Source: a virus (Duplodnaviria > Caudoviricetes). Taken from it: a DNA stretch of 64,000 nucleotides. The position numbers were made by a program, and so were the translations under genes. The stretch lies in IMG/VR virus record IMGVR_UViG_2728369562_000003, positions 1-64,000 of that record. One strand, 5' to 3'. This document shows, in pieces, positions 43,344-54,200 of the stretch. A model generated the notes under the pieces. That model was not told the origin of the DNA and did not search any database. It saw only the letters and a program-made list of their open reading frames with translations. Within the stretch, counting starts at the first letter, position 1. Each line of letters begins with the position of its first letter.

Positions 43344-44780
43344 TTATTGTGAAAAGCGGGATTCAAAAGAGTCATCGTTAGGGATTAAATTTTCCCGTTT
43401 ACTTGAAAATTCTCTAATGGTTACATTTGTTTCAGCAGGAACACTAACTAAATCAACTAACATTGTGTTAAGTTGTAATACAGCTTTTTCTCCTTCTTCC
43501 CCTTGTTTAATGGAAGCATGGATAAGGTTTTGTACTTCTTCTGTACTGAATTTATCCTCAGCATTTAAAGCTTCAAATTTCGCTTTATAGAATTCATTTT
43601 TCTCATTTAGTTTTTGCTCAAATAATGTTTTCTCGTGTTTTTCTTTATAAGGCTTCAATTGTTCCACTTCAGAATTTAATTGCACAAGCTTTTCACTGGC
43701 AGTGTTGAATTGCTGTTCAATATCTGCCTTATTCTTATTGATTTGATTTACTTGTTTCGTTAAATCTTTAATCTGTTCATCTTTTTGGTTAAGTTGTGTT
43801 TGAATAGGTTCAGGAACAACTTCCTCCCAGTTACGTGTCATGAATACCTCGGTTTTACTGTCAAAATCAATTGAAACAGTATCGCCTGTTCTTGTGTAAT
43901 TGAACTTAAAGTATTTGTCATAGCTATTTTCATCTGACCAGCTATACACGTTTACGATGAAATATGTATCATATACATCTGCAATATAAGATGCTGACTC
44001 CTTGTCAAGGGTTGGATCTAATTGGTTATAAAGAAGTGTTCGAACGTCAGAATGAGACAATTCAAACACTTTTCTAAACTTGTTCATTTTTTCACCTTCC
44101 TCATTATTTTGTCTTGTAGCTGCTTGAGCCACTAATCTTTCAAATCGTTGAAGTTCATTAAAGCTTAGAAGTTTGGAAGAATCATAAGCGGGGAGGACAA
44201 TGTCATGCTCTCCACGTTTCTCTGAATTTAAAATTGCATGGCCTTCGAAATAGATGGGAGACTGCAGGTGTTCAATACCATCTTGCATGGTGTAATTTGA
44301 ATAAAGGATCTCACAACTTGTATTAATGTTGATGCCTCGACCATACCATTCGAGTAAAAGTTCACATGCATCTTTAAATCGAGAGTTCCAAAGGATTGCA
44401 TCTGCTGCCAATACTTCTTTTTTACCATCTGGGGTTTCAATTTCAGTTATGTATCCCTCGGATGTAAAGACACCAATTGGGGCAGTATCTCTTTTTACTT
44501 CAAGTTCTCCGTGCTTGTCTGTGTCTAGATAAGCTTCATGAGTTCCCAATGCATCTGTAGAAGTATTTAATTCATCAACCTCATAATATTTTGCAACAAT
44601 TGGTTTATTAATAATTGTTGAAGCAGCTTCAAGAGCAACATCCTTAGAAATTACTGCGTTATTGTGAGAGACATCGAAATCAAAAATGACAAAGCTACAT
44701 GACAACTTTGTTGGGTCATCTGATGTTTTAATCTCATTCAATTGAAGTTGGCATAGTTTTTTCTTTTGCTTCTTTGTCAA
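43344..44780 (-). CDS. yonD: YonD, prohead protease/scaffold-like
   Basis: N-terminal protease-like region plus C-terminal coiled coil; synteny. Confidence 0.7.
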   Translation of the reverse strand: MTKKQKKKLCQLQLNEIKTSDDPTKLSCSFVIFDFDVSHNNAVISKDVALEAASTIINKPIVAKYYEVDELNTSTDALGTHEAYLDTDKHGELEVKRDTAPIGVFTSEGYITEIETPDGKKEVLAADAILWNSRFKDACELLLEWYGRGININTSCEILYSNYTMQDGIEHLQSPIYFEGHAILNSEKRGEHDIVLPAYDSSKLLSFNELQRFERLVAQAATRQNNEEGEKMNKFRKVFELSHSDVRTLLYNQLDPTLDKESASYIADVYDTYFIVNVYSWSDENSYDKYFKFNYTRTGDTVSIDFDSKTEVFMTRNWEEVVPEPIQTQLNQKDEQIKDLTKQVNQINKNKADIEQQFNTASEKLVQLNSEVEQLKPYKEKHEKTLFEQKLNEKNEFYKAKFEALNAEDKFSTEEVQNLIHASIKQGEEGEKAVLQLNTMLVDLVSVPAETNVTIREFSSKRENLIPNDDSFESRFSQ

Positions 44781-44810
44781 ATAATTTCACCTCCCTTCAA
44801 AAGTGAAGTT

Positions 44811-46331
44811 TTAAATAGGATTGTCATTACCGTTGGATGTAGCTGACTTCACTGTGTTGTCGTTGTTTTTATTTCCTTCATTTGGGCGACCTGCTTCATT
44901 CCCAGTGAAGGTATATGAAGTTTGATAAGGTCTAATTTTTTCTTGGAGTTTCAGCTCTTCAGTTTCATACAGAGTTTGTTCAAGGTAACTTTCCCAAGAC
45001 ACTCCTGCCAAATTATCAACTACGTGCTTAATAGACCAGCCCTTATCGTTTAATTTAATTAAGATATCCATTTTTTCTTTTAGAGTGAGTGGCTTGTCCT
45101 TATCGTAATTCATATAGTAGTTGTCTTTTTGGGCAACAGGTAAAACAAGGTTGAATAACTTTTGATAAACCTCTTGCTCAATATCCTCCATTAAAACTCC
45201 AATACGCTTATAAAATGTATCCAAGTTTAACGACGAAGTTGCGTAGTTACCCCCATCACCATTTAAAAGGGAGCCGGATAAGCCGTAAGCAGATTGAATG
45301 TCGCTATTGATATGGTCAAATTTTGCTCCATCTAATCCATCTGCCTTAACATCAGGAAAGTTGATATCAGCAAAGTCAGGGATTGATACTACAGTTACTC
45401 CATCTTTTTGGTTCTTTTCTAAAGCTGCTTTAACTCCACCATGAATTTTTTGTTTTACTGCTTTAGGCAGCTTCATGTTTGTGTATTCGCCATCGCCTTT
45501 ATCTGTTCCAATCGTTAGAACTGCAACAGCGTTAATAATTTTATTTGCTATGGATCTTTCAACATCCTTAAGTTTCTTTTTATGGAGAACGTCATATAGA
45601 CCTGGGGTAACCCAAGATGTTCCTAATCCTTGATTTCTTTTTAGAGTTCCTGTGCGTAATGGAAAAGTTCTTTCTTGCGGCAGTTCCTTATATCGATATT
45701 TCTCTCGATCTTTCATGAAGTTTTCATAATCGCTCTGTTTAATATAAGGGGAGAGGCTTTTTAATAATTCATTTCTGCGATCATCTTCATATTTAGTGAA
45801 CATCTCCATGTCAACTACACATACCCAGTCCCCATTTCTCCTAAAAGAGGGGAACACATATTTAATCTCATCAAAGATAAACGGATAGGGACTCTTAGCA
45901 TCCCCAAGCCATATACCAACAAGAGTACCAGCTGTAGCTACCTGTTTTAACAGATCCCTAGTAAGTCTTTTATGTTTAACCTTATGTAAGGATTTATTCA
46001 AAAGGGAAATATGCTTATCTGAAGACTTAACTTTATTAAAGGAGTCAATTTTATAGTTGAGGGTAGGGAGGGCTTCAATCAATTCGAACAATTGGTGAAT
46101 CTCTGCAGTTGAAATGTAAAAATACTCAGCAAGATCTTCAATTTCTTGTTGAAATTTATCAGGGTTAGAAAAATAATTCTTTAATTGTTCGGCCTCAATT
46201 TCCGTAACAATGCCATTGGAAAACATATTTGATATAAAGCCGGAAGCAAATGTAGAAGTATAAGTTGAATAGTCATTCAGCATTTGCTTATACTCTTCAG
46301 ACTCAATGTCAACTTTATTTAAGGTTACCAT
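44811..46331 (-). CDS. yonE: Portal protein (YonE)
   Basis: 506 aa directly after the terminase. Confidence 0.75.
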   Translation of the reverse strand: MVTLNKVDIESEEYKQMLNDYSTYTSTFASGFISNMFSNGIVTEIEAEQLKNYFSNPDKFQQEIEDLAEYFYISTAEIHQLFELIEALPTLNYKIDSFNKVKSSDKHISLLNKSLHKVKHKRLTRDLLKQVATAGTLVGIWLGDAKSPYPFIFDEIKYVFPSFRRNGDWVCVVDMEMFTKYEDDRRNELLKSLSPYIKQSDYENFMKDREKYRYKELPQERTFPLRTGTLKRNQGLGTSWVTPGLYDVLHKKKLKDVERSIANKIINAVAVLTIGTDKGDGEYTNMKLPKAVKQKIHGGVKAALEKNQKDGVTVVSIPDFADINFPDVKADGLDGAKFDHINSDIQSAYGLSGSLLNGDGGNYATSSLNLDTFYKRIGVLMEDIEQEVYQKLFNLVLPVAQKDNYYMNYDKDKPLTLKEKMDILIKLNDKGWSIKHVVDNLAGVSWESYLEQTLYETEELKLQEKIRPYQTSYTFTGNEAGRPNEGNKNNDNTVKSATSNGNDNPI

Positions 46332-46348
46332 GTTTCACCTCATTTCTT

Positions 46349-48118
46349 TTAAAAATAGACTAGTTCATCTTCAACGTCATATTCAGTTTGTTTGTTTAAC
46401 TGTCTTTCTAATACAGTAGCAATATAGTTGCCATAAGCCACTGAGCTATATCTGTCTTTTCGTTTACTCTTTGGCTCTTTAAGCTTAACTTGTCCGTTAT
46501 CGCTATATTCAGCTTCCAAGTTGATCATTTCATTTATCAGAAGGGTAATCTGAGCATAGCTTGAAAGAAATTTTCCTTTAACTTCAGGAGATAGCCCTTC
46601 ATAGCCTTTAAATCTTTTCAGATATTCTTTTCCTTCATTTTCGTTGATAGGAATTTTGATTTTCCCTCGTTTGAATCCATCTTTGAGTAATACAGCGATT
46701 TCACTGTTCAATTGTGCATTACCTTTAATGCTATAAATCACTTTTTCGGCATTTTGATAAGTACAACGCTCAGCCATTCTTTCATCGTTAATACATGAAA
46801 ATGGCTCATATTCTTTTGCACGTTCTTTATCATATAGAGGCTGGCATAATGCATCATACACACCTAGTCCGATACTCTGAGTATCCAATACAATATAATC
46901 GCAATCATAATCTTCGTATATTTGTCGAATTCTTGTTGCTTGAGTCCCTGTGTGACCGCCAACGATGCTCTCCATGTATACAATATGACGATCATACCCA
47001 TTGGAGTTTGGAATCAGTCTGAATACAGTATAAACACTGGCGTCATTATCCTTACCGGCCATTCCAGCGATATCATTGCTCACAAGTCTAATTTCTCCTG
47101 GTTTCTTGCCTTCATACTTGAAGTTGGAATCCTTGATAAGACTGTAATAGTCAGGGGGGAAGAGGGGAGAAGCAAGCTTGCGGTTCTTTTCAATGTCTTC
47201 AAATTTAAAATAAGCTTTTTCAGATTCACCAAACCAGAGAGCTTCCATTTCCATAGACCAACCAATAGGATCGAAGTCTTCTTCGGCCATTTCATCTCTA
47301 ACCTGATCTTTATCCAAAAGGCCTTCTTTAATTGCAATCTGATAAGGGAGACCGCACACAAAATATTTCGATCCTTTCATCATGGCATTGTAGTAAGTTA
47401 TGAATCTGTTAAATGACCAATGAACCTTGTACCAGCAGGAAGACAAGTAAATTTCTTTGTTTCGTTCTTTTAAGTGAGCGTATTCTTCTTTTTCGAGATA
47501 TTTAGGAGAACGGGGAGCTGTCAGGAATTTTCGAAGTACTTTACTGATGATTTCAAAATCAACCATTCTGAATTCATCTACAATAAGGAGGTTTGCACGC
47601 TTGGAGCGGGCGCCATCATTTGAGGCTACGATTTTAATCCAGCTGCCATTATGAAACTCCACTTTAGCATCATTTGTTGAGGTTTTTAAATCTTCAATTT
47701 CTCGCCTTAAATTAGGCGATTCTTTGCGCAAGTCATCAATTTTCTCTATGACTTCACGAGCTTGTCCCTTTGTGCCCGATGCGATAACTATTTTAGTACC
47801 TGGGAAGAGTATGGCTTGCACACAGCAGTATACAGAGGTTAGCCAAGTTTTACCCTGCCCACGACTGGCCAAGTACATAAAGTAATGATTATGTACCATC
47901 ATGTAAATTAAAATACACTGGAACAATTTAAGCGTAATACCTAAGTATTCTTTTACAAAGCGATGTGGGTTTGCTCTATAGAAAGAAGTCCATGCGCCGA
48001 TACCATCCATTAATCGTTCAGATTTTGATTTCTTTTTAAAGTTGTTTCCCTTTTTAAAGATATTGATTCCTCGGCTGTGCTTGTTGCGATCTGTTGTAAA
48101 ATTTTTATGTGAGGTCAT
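46349..48118 (-). CDS. yonF: Terminase large subunit (YonF)
   Basis: ASRGQGKT Walker A, LIVDE Walker B, C-terminal nuclease KDRYSS. Confidence 0.92.
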   Translation of the reverse strand: MTSHKNFTTDRNKHSRGINIFKKGNNFKKKSKSERLMDGIGAWTSFYRANPHRFVKEYLGITLKLFQCILIYMMVHNHYFMYLASRGQGKTWLTSVYCCVQAILFPGTKIVIASGTKGQAREVIEKIDDLRKESPNLRREIEDLKTSTNDAKVEFHNGSWIKIVASNDGARSKRANLLIVDEFRMVDFEIISKVLRKFLTAPRSPKYLEKEEYAHLKERNKEIYLSSCWYKVHWSFNRFITYYNAMMKGSKYFVCGLPYQIAIKEGLLDKDQVRDEMAEEDFDPIGWSMEMEALWFGESEKAYFKFEDIEKNRKLASPLFPPDYYSLIKDSNFKYEGKKPGEIRLVSNDIAGMAGKDNDASVYTVFRLIPNSNGYDRHIVYMESIVGGHTGTQATRIRQIYEDYDCDYIVLDTQSIGLGVYDALCQPLYDKERAKEYEPFSCINDERMAERCTYQNAEKVIYSIKGNAQLNSEIAVLLKDGFKRGKIKIPINENEGKEYLKRFKGYEGLSPEVKGKFLSSYAQITLLINEMINLEAEYSDNGQVKLKEPKSKRKDRYSSVAYGNYIATVLERQLNKQTEYDVEDELVYF

Positions 48119-49025
48119 TTTCTCGATCCTCTTCTTCTGCAACAGGTTCTTCAACAGTATGCTTATTCATTTCTTCCCAATATTCCTCTGAATATTGATT
48201 TTTCAAACCAAGCATTCGGGACAGATGCCCAAGGAAAAACACCTTAATGTATTTCCCGATTTTATCAGGATCTTTCCACCTCGGCTCCGGCTCAGGAATA
48301 GGTCTCTCATTCTCATATTTTTTGATCAGAGTGCCAAAAGACTCTTGTTCAACTCCACTTGCTCCAGTTTCTTGAACTGGTTTTAAATTACTTGATCCAA
48401 GTAAATCTTGAAGAGTTTTTTGCTGCTGATCGACTTTTTCACCATTTTCCCGCCGTTTGCGTATATCTAACCGAGTCAAACATATTTCATTTATAAGAAG
48501 TTCCATTCCCTTAGAGTCGCATTCATACCTATTCGTAAAGTCAATGTACTCATTCTGAAGCCAAATGTAATCTTCAACATCAAGACCACGACCCCAGAAT
48601 TGCATTAATTCATCTATGTCTTCCTTAGATATATCTTCTGTACTTTTAGCTAGTAATAGCTGTGTTGTATATTCTTGTTCTTCTTCAAAGTCAAACTCAC
48701 TGTCTGCCCAAGTTTTTGACTTGTAATCTTTCATTCCGATATTTTTCATATACGTACCTAACACATTTCCAGCTGATTTTTTCTTGGACTCTGATTCATT
48801 AACAGCGGAAACCCACAAGTCGTAAACAAAAGGACGGTCAATCATTCTTAAGATGTTTTGAACATTCTTTAAGTTATCTTTGTCTTTTTGGAATTCATTT
48901 TGGAGACAGCTCTTACATACTGACAGCTTGCCGGTTGCAGAATTGAAAGGAGATTCCGAGATATAATATTGATTGGCATTTTGCTCTTTGCCGCAGCATG
49001 AGCATTTGATTTTTTCTATAGCCAT
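48105..49025 (-). CDS. yonG: YonG, Zn-binding putative terminase small subunit
   Basis: CSCC..CKSC; overlaps the terL start. Confidence 0.65.
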   Translation of the reverse strand: MAIEKIKCSCCGKEQNANQYYISESPFNSATGKLSVCKSCLQNEFQKDKDNLKNVQNILRMIDRPFVYDLWVSAVNESESKKKSAGNVLGTYMKNIGMKDYKSKTWADSEFDFEEEQEYTTQLLLAKSTEDISKEDIDELMQFWGRGLDVEDYIWLQNEYIDFTNRYECDSKGMELLINEICLTRLDIRKRRENGEKVDQQQKTLQDLLGSSNLKPVQETGASGVEQESFGTLIKKYENERPIPEPEPRWKDPDKIGKYIKVFFLGHLSRMLGLKNQYSEEYWEEMNKHTVEEPVAEEEDRENDLT

Positions 49026-49130
49026 TTTTCACCTCCATAAAGTTAGTTGATGTAAACACGTTTTATAAAACGCCCAGTAATAGAGCGGAAGGGGAGTACC
49101 GCAATCATCCTAGGCGTTCTAAAAAGGTGT

Positions 49131-49673
49131 TTAAACTAAAGAAGAGAGGACTTCATCGTGATGAAATCCTCCTTTGATCTCAATTCCTAATTTTTTAATT
49201 GTATTGAGTTGATCTTTAGTAACAGTACAATCGATATAAACACCATTCGGAAAATGATTACCTTCTAAATAATTGGCTGAGATAATGGCACAACTAATTC
49301 CTTTTTCTTTGACCAAGTCTTTGTAAACCTCTTTATGAGCTCCTACAAGTAAAGGAATATTATTCTCTTGTGATAGCCTAAGAAGAAGAGTTGTTTTACC
49401 TTTACCTCTCTGAGAATCATTTACCAGCAGCATTTTGGGTGCATTTTTATGAAACTTTTCTTGTAGTGATTTATCAACGTCATTAAATACAACTTTCATT
49501 CGCTTGAATGGAGGTTCGATTTTATCTCCAAAAATAGTTAAATGAATAGCTTCTAATACTCGCTTAATCTCAACATCACATTTGTATCCAGACTGTTTTA
49601 ACTTTGAGAGAGTTTCTAAGTGCTTATTCAGATATTTAAAGTCTTCATTCGTCATTTTCTTCTTCATCCTCAA
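49131..49673 (-). CDS. yonH: YonH-like protein with P-loop
   Basis: RGKGKTT motif; synteny; start uncertain. Confidence 0.55.
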   Translation of the reverse strand: MRMKKKMTNEDFKYLNKHLETLSKLKQSGYKCDVEIKRVLEAIHLTIFGDKIEPPFKRMKVVFNDVDKSLQEKFHKNAPKMLLVNDSQRGKGKTTLLLRLSQENNIPLLVGAHKEVYKDLVKEKGISCAIISANYLEGNHFPNGVYIDCTVTKDQLNTIKKLGIEIKGGFHHDEVLSSLV

Positions 49674-49959
49674 TCGGTCGTTTTTTGTATTACTTTAATA
49701 AACCTTTTTGTAGTCAGCCATTAATGTGACTCCGATCTAAATAAAATTAAAGTTTTAAACAAAGTTTATAGGAGCCTACATCGAGGCTCCCTTAGTTGAA
49801 AAAATAATGTCCTAACACTTCGATTAGTCTCAGTTGTAGGAATTAACCAGCAATAATTATGGAAAGCTCCGTTTTAAACTCATCTGAGAAATTAACCCAA
49901 TGACCACTTAATTCGTTAATAAAACTTTTTGTCTTCATTTAGTTTTACTCCCTATTAAA

Positions 49960-51177
49960 TTAATTCAATATGTAATCATACTGAATTGTACGACCTTTAC
50001 CAGACTCATAAATTGATAGGTTTGCTCCAGCTTTGGCACCTGTCATTAAGCTGTCACTGTATTCATCGGAACCCATTACAGAAGGGAGTTGTATAACTTG
50101 GATATTATGAGTGGCTGCTTCACCTACAGTGAGCATGTTTCCGTGGTGGAAGTGGGAGATGTACATGTAATCGTAGAATTTTCGTTTCATCTGTGAGATG
50201 TCACGAATGGCATTCTTCTTGTTTTTAATCTGGTGTCCGTGACATGCGACAATTTCAAATTCAAGTAATTTAAAATCCACAATTCCTTCGTCGTATAAAG
50301 GAACTTCAATTCGCTCATTGTCTTTGAGTACGTCATGGATATAAGTAGCTATAATACGCTCTACATCTTCCTTAGGCATTTCCGAGCGATTTGTATTATG
50401 TAATCTTAGTTCAGTATGATTTGCAGAAGGGATATGTATGTACTTAATTTTGACGTACTTAGAAAGTTCTAGCAGCCATTCAGCTTTGTACCTAGAATAT
50501 TTAATTACCTGGTCAATAAAACCGTACTGAAGGGCAGTTAATTGCGATACGCGCAATGCCATACCTTCAACACTATCAGCACCATTTAATACGACCAGCT
50601 CATCTAAATTTTCTTTGTGAATGTACTCAACAGTTTCAGAAAGAATTTGATTCATACGCTGCAGATATATCTGTTCGTTGTATTCATTGTTGTTGCTTTT
50701 AAATTGCTTCCCGAAATGTTCATCTCCAAATCCTAGAACTGCAGCTCTTTTTCTTTCGCTTCTTTTCAATGGATAGAAGGAAGGGGGAGCGAGAGTGCCT
50801 ATTTTCTCAATTGCTTCAGTTACATTTTCATATAGAAGCTCTGTTCGTCCTTTGACACGTGTGCTTTTATGTATTTCATGCTTTACAGCTTGAAGCTTCT
50901 TTCTCTCTTCCATGATTTCAACCTTTTTCATTTCCAGTTCAAGGAGAGAAGAGTTTGATTCAGCTGACTTTTCTTTTTGGTATTCAACCCCCTCAATGAA
51001 GTTGTTGAACCATTTTCTATAAGCTGATTCACCTTTAGATTCGCCGGTTTCTTTGTTTATTAACTCTTTGATTTCTTCCCAGTTTAGATTATAAATGTCT
51101 TTATTAGAGCAGATTCTTATTTTCCATTCTTTAAGGTTTTCATCTGAGTGACGCTTAGTTTGAATAGGATCGATCAT
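49960..51177 (-). CDS. yonJ: YonJ, calcineurin-like metallophosphoesterase
   Basis: GDEH, GAD, NH, CHGH, SHFHH motifs; 405 aa. Confidence 0.85.
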   Translation of the reverse strand: MIDPIQTKRHSDENLKEWKIRICSNKDIYNLNWEEIKELINKETGESKGESAYRKWFNNFIEGVEYQKEKSAESNSSLLELEMKKVEIMEERKKLQAVKHEIHKSTRVKGRTELLYENVTEAIEKIGTLAPPSFYPLKRSERKRAAVLGFGDEHFGKQFKSNNNEYNEQIYLQRMNQILSETVEYIHKENLDELVVLNGADSVEGMALRVSQLTALQYGFIDQVIKYSRYKAEWLLELSKYVKIKYIHIPSANHTELRLHNTNRSEMPKEDVERIIATYIHDVLKDNERIEVPLYDEGIVDFKLLEFEIVACHGHQIKNKKNAIRDISQMKRKFYDYMYISHFHHGNMLTVGEAATHNIQVIQLPSVMGSDEYSDSLMTGAKAGANLSIYESGKGRTIQYDYILN

Positions 51178-51193
51178 TCAGTCAATCATCTCC

Positions 51194-51385
51194 TTACTCA
51201 ACGTCTTTAACAGGAAGTTCATTTTCTTCTTTTACAGTAATTGAAACATTCTTTCCATTAAACTCTGAGAGAATTTCTTTGAAGTCATATGTGTATTCAG
51301 CTTCTTTAGTTTGTTCAGTAACTTCCATTACGTCCATATCGAAAAAGCCTTTAACATTAATTTGATGTACTTTTTTGCTTGCCAT
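51194..51385 (-). CDS. yonK: YonK
   Basis: 63 aa, MASKKVHQINVKG; synteny. Confidence 0.85.
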   Translation of the reverse strand: MASKKVHQINVKGFFDMDVMEVTEQTKEAEYTYDFKEILSEFNGKNVSITVKEENELPVKDVE

Positions 51386-51424
51386 TTAAATTCCTCCAAT
51401 AGTTTTCTATTTACATACAATAAA

Positions 51425-51529
51425 CTCCTTCGGAAGCCCGATGATCCGAAGCATCGGTAACGTCCGAGAAGGGGATATAAAGGAGATGAAGGATAAGTCG
51501 GATAGGCGTTGGGGAAACGCCCGAAGGAG
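51425..51529. other. GC-rich four-way-junction structured element
   Basis: Outer stem CTCCTTCGG/CCGAAGGAG with three inner hairpins. Confidence 0.6.
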
Positions 51530-51655
51530 ATTATTGAAAACTTGCGTACATATGTATTACAGACCTATTTGAGTTATCAAGAACTGCTCCGTGTGGTAAA
51601 ATAATCCACAGTAGGTATAATGAAGTGTAGATGAATTTGAAAAAGGAGTGTTTTT

Positions 51656-51829
51656 TTGATAGACAAAGTTTTGAATGCCTTTATTATAATAGGTGTTTTG
51701 TTGATAGTTGGAGCGGTTACTGTTTTTAAAGATTTTGAATATCACCAATATCTTCGTTTTGGTGGGGCAGCATTGATAGCTTTTGGCTATATGTTTGGTT
51801 ATGACAAAGTAAAAGCTAAAAAAGAGTAA
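51656..51829 (+). CDS. Two-TM micro-protein (57 aa)
   Basis: TATAAT at about 51616, AAGGAG RBS, TTG start; translated by hand. Confidence 0.6.
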   Translation: MIDKVLNAFIIIGVLLIVGAVTVFKDFEYHQYLRFGGAALIAFGYMFGYDKVKAKKE

Positions 51830-52000
51830 ATGACTTTTAAATTCTATTGTTCCAGTTATTTTCTTCCCCCTCTCACCTACATCAGTAACTCACGTAGGAA
51901 CGCAAGCCTTCGGATCGACAGGGAAATCTGAAAATAACAAAAGACGTCATAATGACGTCTTCAGGAACTCCTTGTACAGCTTGGCACATGAGTTAAATTA

Positions 52001-52218
52001 TTGGAACAACAGAGAACAGAGTATATTTTTGATTAAAATATCACTAATAAAGGTTTGCGTCCGTAAACTCGTAAATCTCGTAATTCGTAAGCTGTAAAAC
52101 GTAATCCGTCTCCAACCTAGGAAATAAATGAGTTTTGGTATTACAGTTTAGATACGCTCTAAACTAAAGCGGCTTTCTACTTCTCTGTTGTCCAAGCTGG
52201 GCAGTTTTACACCCAGCT
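52001..52218 (-). ncRNA. Putative structured RNA with six UUAC(G/A) loop repeats, downstream of the DIP1984-like gene
   Basis: 15-bp closing helix 52001-16/52181-95; inner hairpins; CGTAA repeats at 52062-52104. Confidence 0.6.
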
Positions 52219-52268
52219 ATCAAGATAAAAGTGATTTTACCCTCATAGCTAAGTTAAAACCTTAGCTT

Positions 52269-52784
52269 TTATAGATACTTATCTGCAGCTTCAAACTCAA
52301 TTTCATAATTATGATTAGCTTTTTCAATAGAGTTTGAAAGACGATTAGCCATTCTTTCTAACTTTAATCCTTTAGTTTGCATCTTATCAGGATCAAACAA
52401 GGCTTCACGATAACTAATAACATCAGAATAAGAATTTACTCGTTCAGTTTTCTGAGAACGACCGTAACTTTTGAGTTTATTCGCTTCACCTCTAAGTTGC
52501 TGTGCTAATTCAAGCGCTTCTGTGATCGATAATTCCTTTTCATCCCACAAAACTTTTGCATCCAGGTTGGCTTTAGCGATTAGTACTACCAATTCACGAT
52601 AATCTTTTTTAGTCGATTCTAGCTCAGCTGTGATTTGGTCTACAGTTTTTGTTGGTTTTGTATATTTTTCATCCTTATCATGTTCAACATATGCAACACT
52701 ATCTCGTTCCTGTAAAAGTTCCTGAATACGTTTTGAGATTGCATTTCTTAAAGGTAAAGCTTCAAATAAAGCGATTTTTGACAT
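52269..52784 (-). CDS. DIP1984/DUF6847-like helical coiled-coil protein
   Basis: ALFEALPLR..KRIQEL, IAKAN, SITEAL, IEKAN pattern typical of the family. Confidence 0.65.
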   Translation of the reverse strand: MSKIALFEALPLRNAISKRIQELLQERDSVAYVEHDKDEKYTKPTKTVDQITAELESTKKDYRELVVLIAKANLDAKVLWDEKELSITEALELAQQLRGEANKLKSYGRSQKTERVNSYSDVISYREALFDPDKMQTKGLKLERMANRLSNSIEKANHNYEIEFEAADKYL

Positions 52785-52879
52785 TTATTATCTTCTCCTT
52801 TAGACATACATCTTTTATATTCTAATAGATTCTTAAATAAATTGCCAATAAAACAAATTTTATCCTTAGTTATAATCAA

Positions 52880-53660
52880 AACAATCGAAAAGGTAAGACC
52901 CATATAACCCTCTTCAGAGACATTCCTGTCTTCAGGTCACACACCTTATCTACATACAATGCGTGTAGATCGCCAGTCTCTTATTTTGCACAGTTTTCTC
53001 TGACCCGTGTAAGGAGGTATGTGCATGGGAAAGATAAGTCTCCATTCAGAATGAAGGAGAAGTAGTGAATAAATAGCGAATATGTTGCTAAGTGAAATTT
53101 AAGGTAAGGAAGACGCATCTGCCATACCTAAGTGTAAGCCGAAGCAGTACACCGCAATTAATATTCAGACTTCATGTCACCCATAGTAAGACTGTGATGG
53201 GATTCACCCTACATAAACAGCTTGAGTAGCCTAGGTCTTACCGACATGTTTAGCCCGATAATAGTCATTTACCTGTCTCCTTTAGATACAGACATCCGAG
53301 TTAACCTCGCACCCTCATAAATGACTATTATCCGACTAACTGCAATGACCAACCGCAGTTTGTGTCAGAATGATACAGAAAATAGGGGAGTAGATATTGT
53401 TTAATCAAGAAAAGCTAGTCCACACACAGGAGAGGAATCTCCACTAATGTTCATTCAAATTAGTCTGTGCCTCCATAAATGAACATTAGTGGAGAACTGA
53501 TATCCCATATATCAGTAATTAACAACTCTAATTAATTAACCCGGAGATGAAGATGAAAAGAGGGGAGGTCGACAATTCCCTCCATAATTTCTAACTCTGC
53601 CACTTTTAGGAGCATAAGCTCTTTGTGACGAAGCGTGCAGGTAGCCTTTCCTGTCGTCCT
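52880..53660. ncRNA. Putative large structured non-coding RNA (strand and ends uncertain)
   Basis: Many hairpins, a long-range helix, 15- and 18-bp perfect inverted repeats; no long ORF. Confidence 0.45.
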
Positions 53661-53670
53661 CATTAACTGA

Positions 53671-53949
53671 TTATTTAGCTTTGACTGCGTCTTTAAGTGC
53701 TTTTGCCGGCTTAAATGCAGGTGCTTTTGTAGCCGGAATATCAATTTCCTCTCCTGTCTGGGGATTTCTCCCTTTGCGAGCTGCACGTTCACGAACTTCA
53801 AATGTTCCGAAACCAGGAATACTTACTTTTTCTCCACTTTTTAATGCCTCTGAAATAGTGTCAAAGACTTTTTCGACACTGGGAGCTCCTTCTTTTTTAG
53901 ATACCCCTTGTTTTTCTGCCACTTTAGCGATTAGTTCTGTTTTATTCAT
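53671..53949 (-). CDS. yonN: HU-like DNA-binding protein YonN
   Basis: [26 protein letters not shown]. Confidence 0.95.
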   Translation of the reverse strand: MNKTELIAKVAEKQGVSKKEGAPSVEKVFDTISEALKSGEKVSIPGFGTFEVRERAARKGRNPQTGEEIDIPATKAPAFKPAKALKDAVKAK

Positions 53950-54200
53950 AATCAATTTCCTCCTAAGTAAATTTAAATTTATTCTAAATGAACAATAAAG
54001 ATTGTCTTTTATATAGACGGGGGGAAACGTACTAGCCCTTTTATGTGGAAATTAGCTTTCTGTCTCCCTTATGACGATTATCACCAAAAGTGCTCTCAAC
54101 CCAGTAGCACCAAGGGATAAAGGCACTTTTTTGTTGAAGTTTTTCCGGTAAAATCGCTGTACCCCTTGGGGGAGTAAGGCTCAAGGCACTTTTATTACCG

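Noticed and set aside
49843-49938. 31-aa minus-strand ORF (MKTKSFINELSGHW...) in the yonI position
   Set aside because: Has an RBS but is too short to assign; probably a deletion remnant
51425-51529. tRNA gene
   Set aside because: No TTC T-loop, D-loop GG or 7-nt anticodon loop; arm sizes are incompatible
52880-53660. Group I/II intron or tmRNA
   Set aside because: No interrupted gene, and no convincing P7, domain V or tRNA-like acceptor motifs seen by eye; a covariance search is needed to exclude these fully
53532-53801. 89-aa minus-strand ORF overlapping yonN
   Set aside because: Alternative frame of yonN; no RBS
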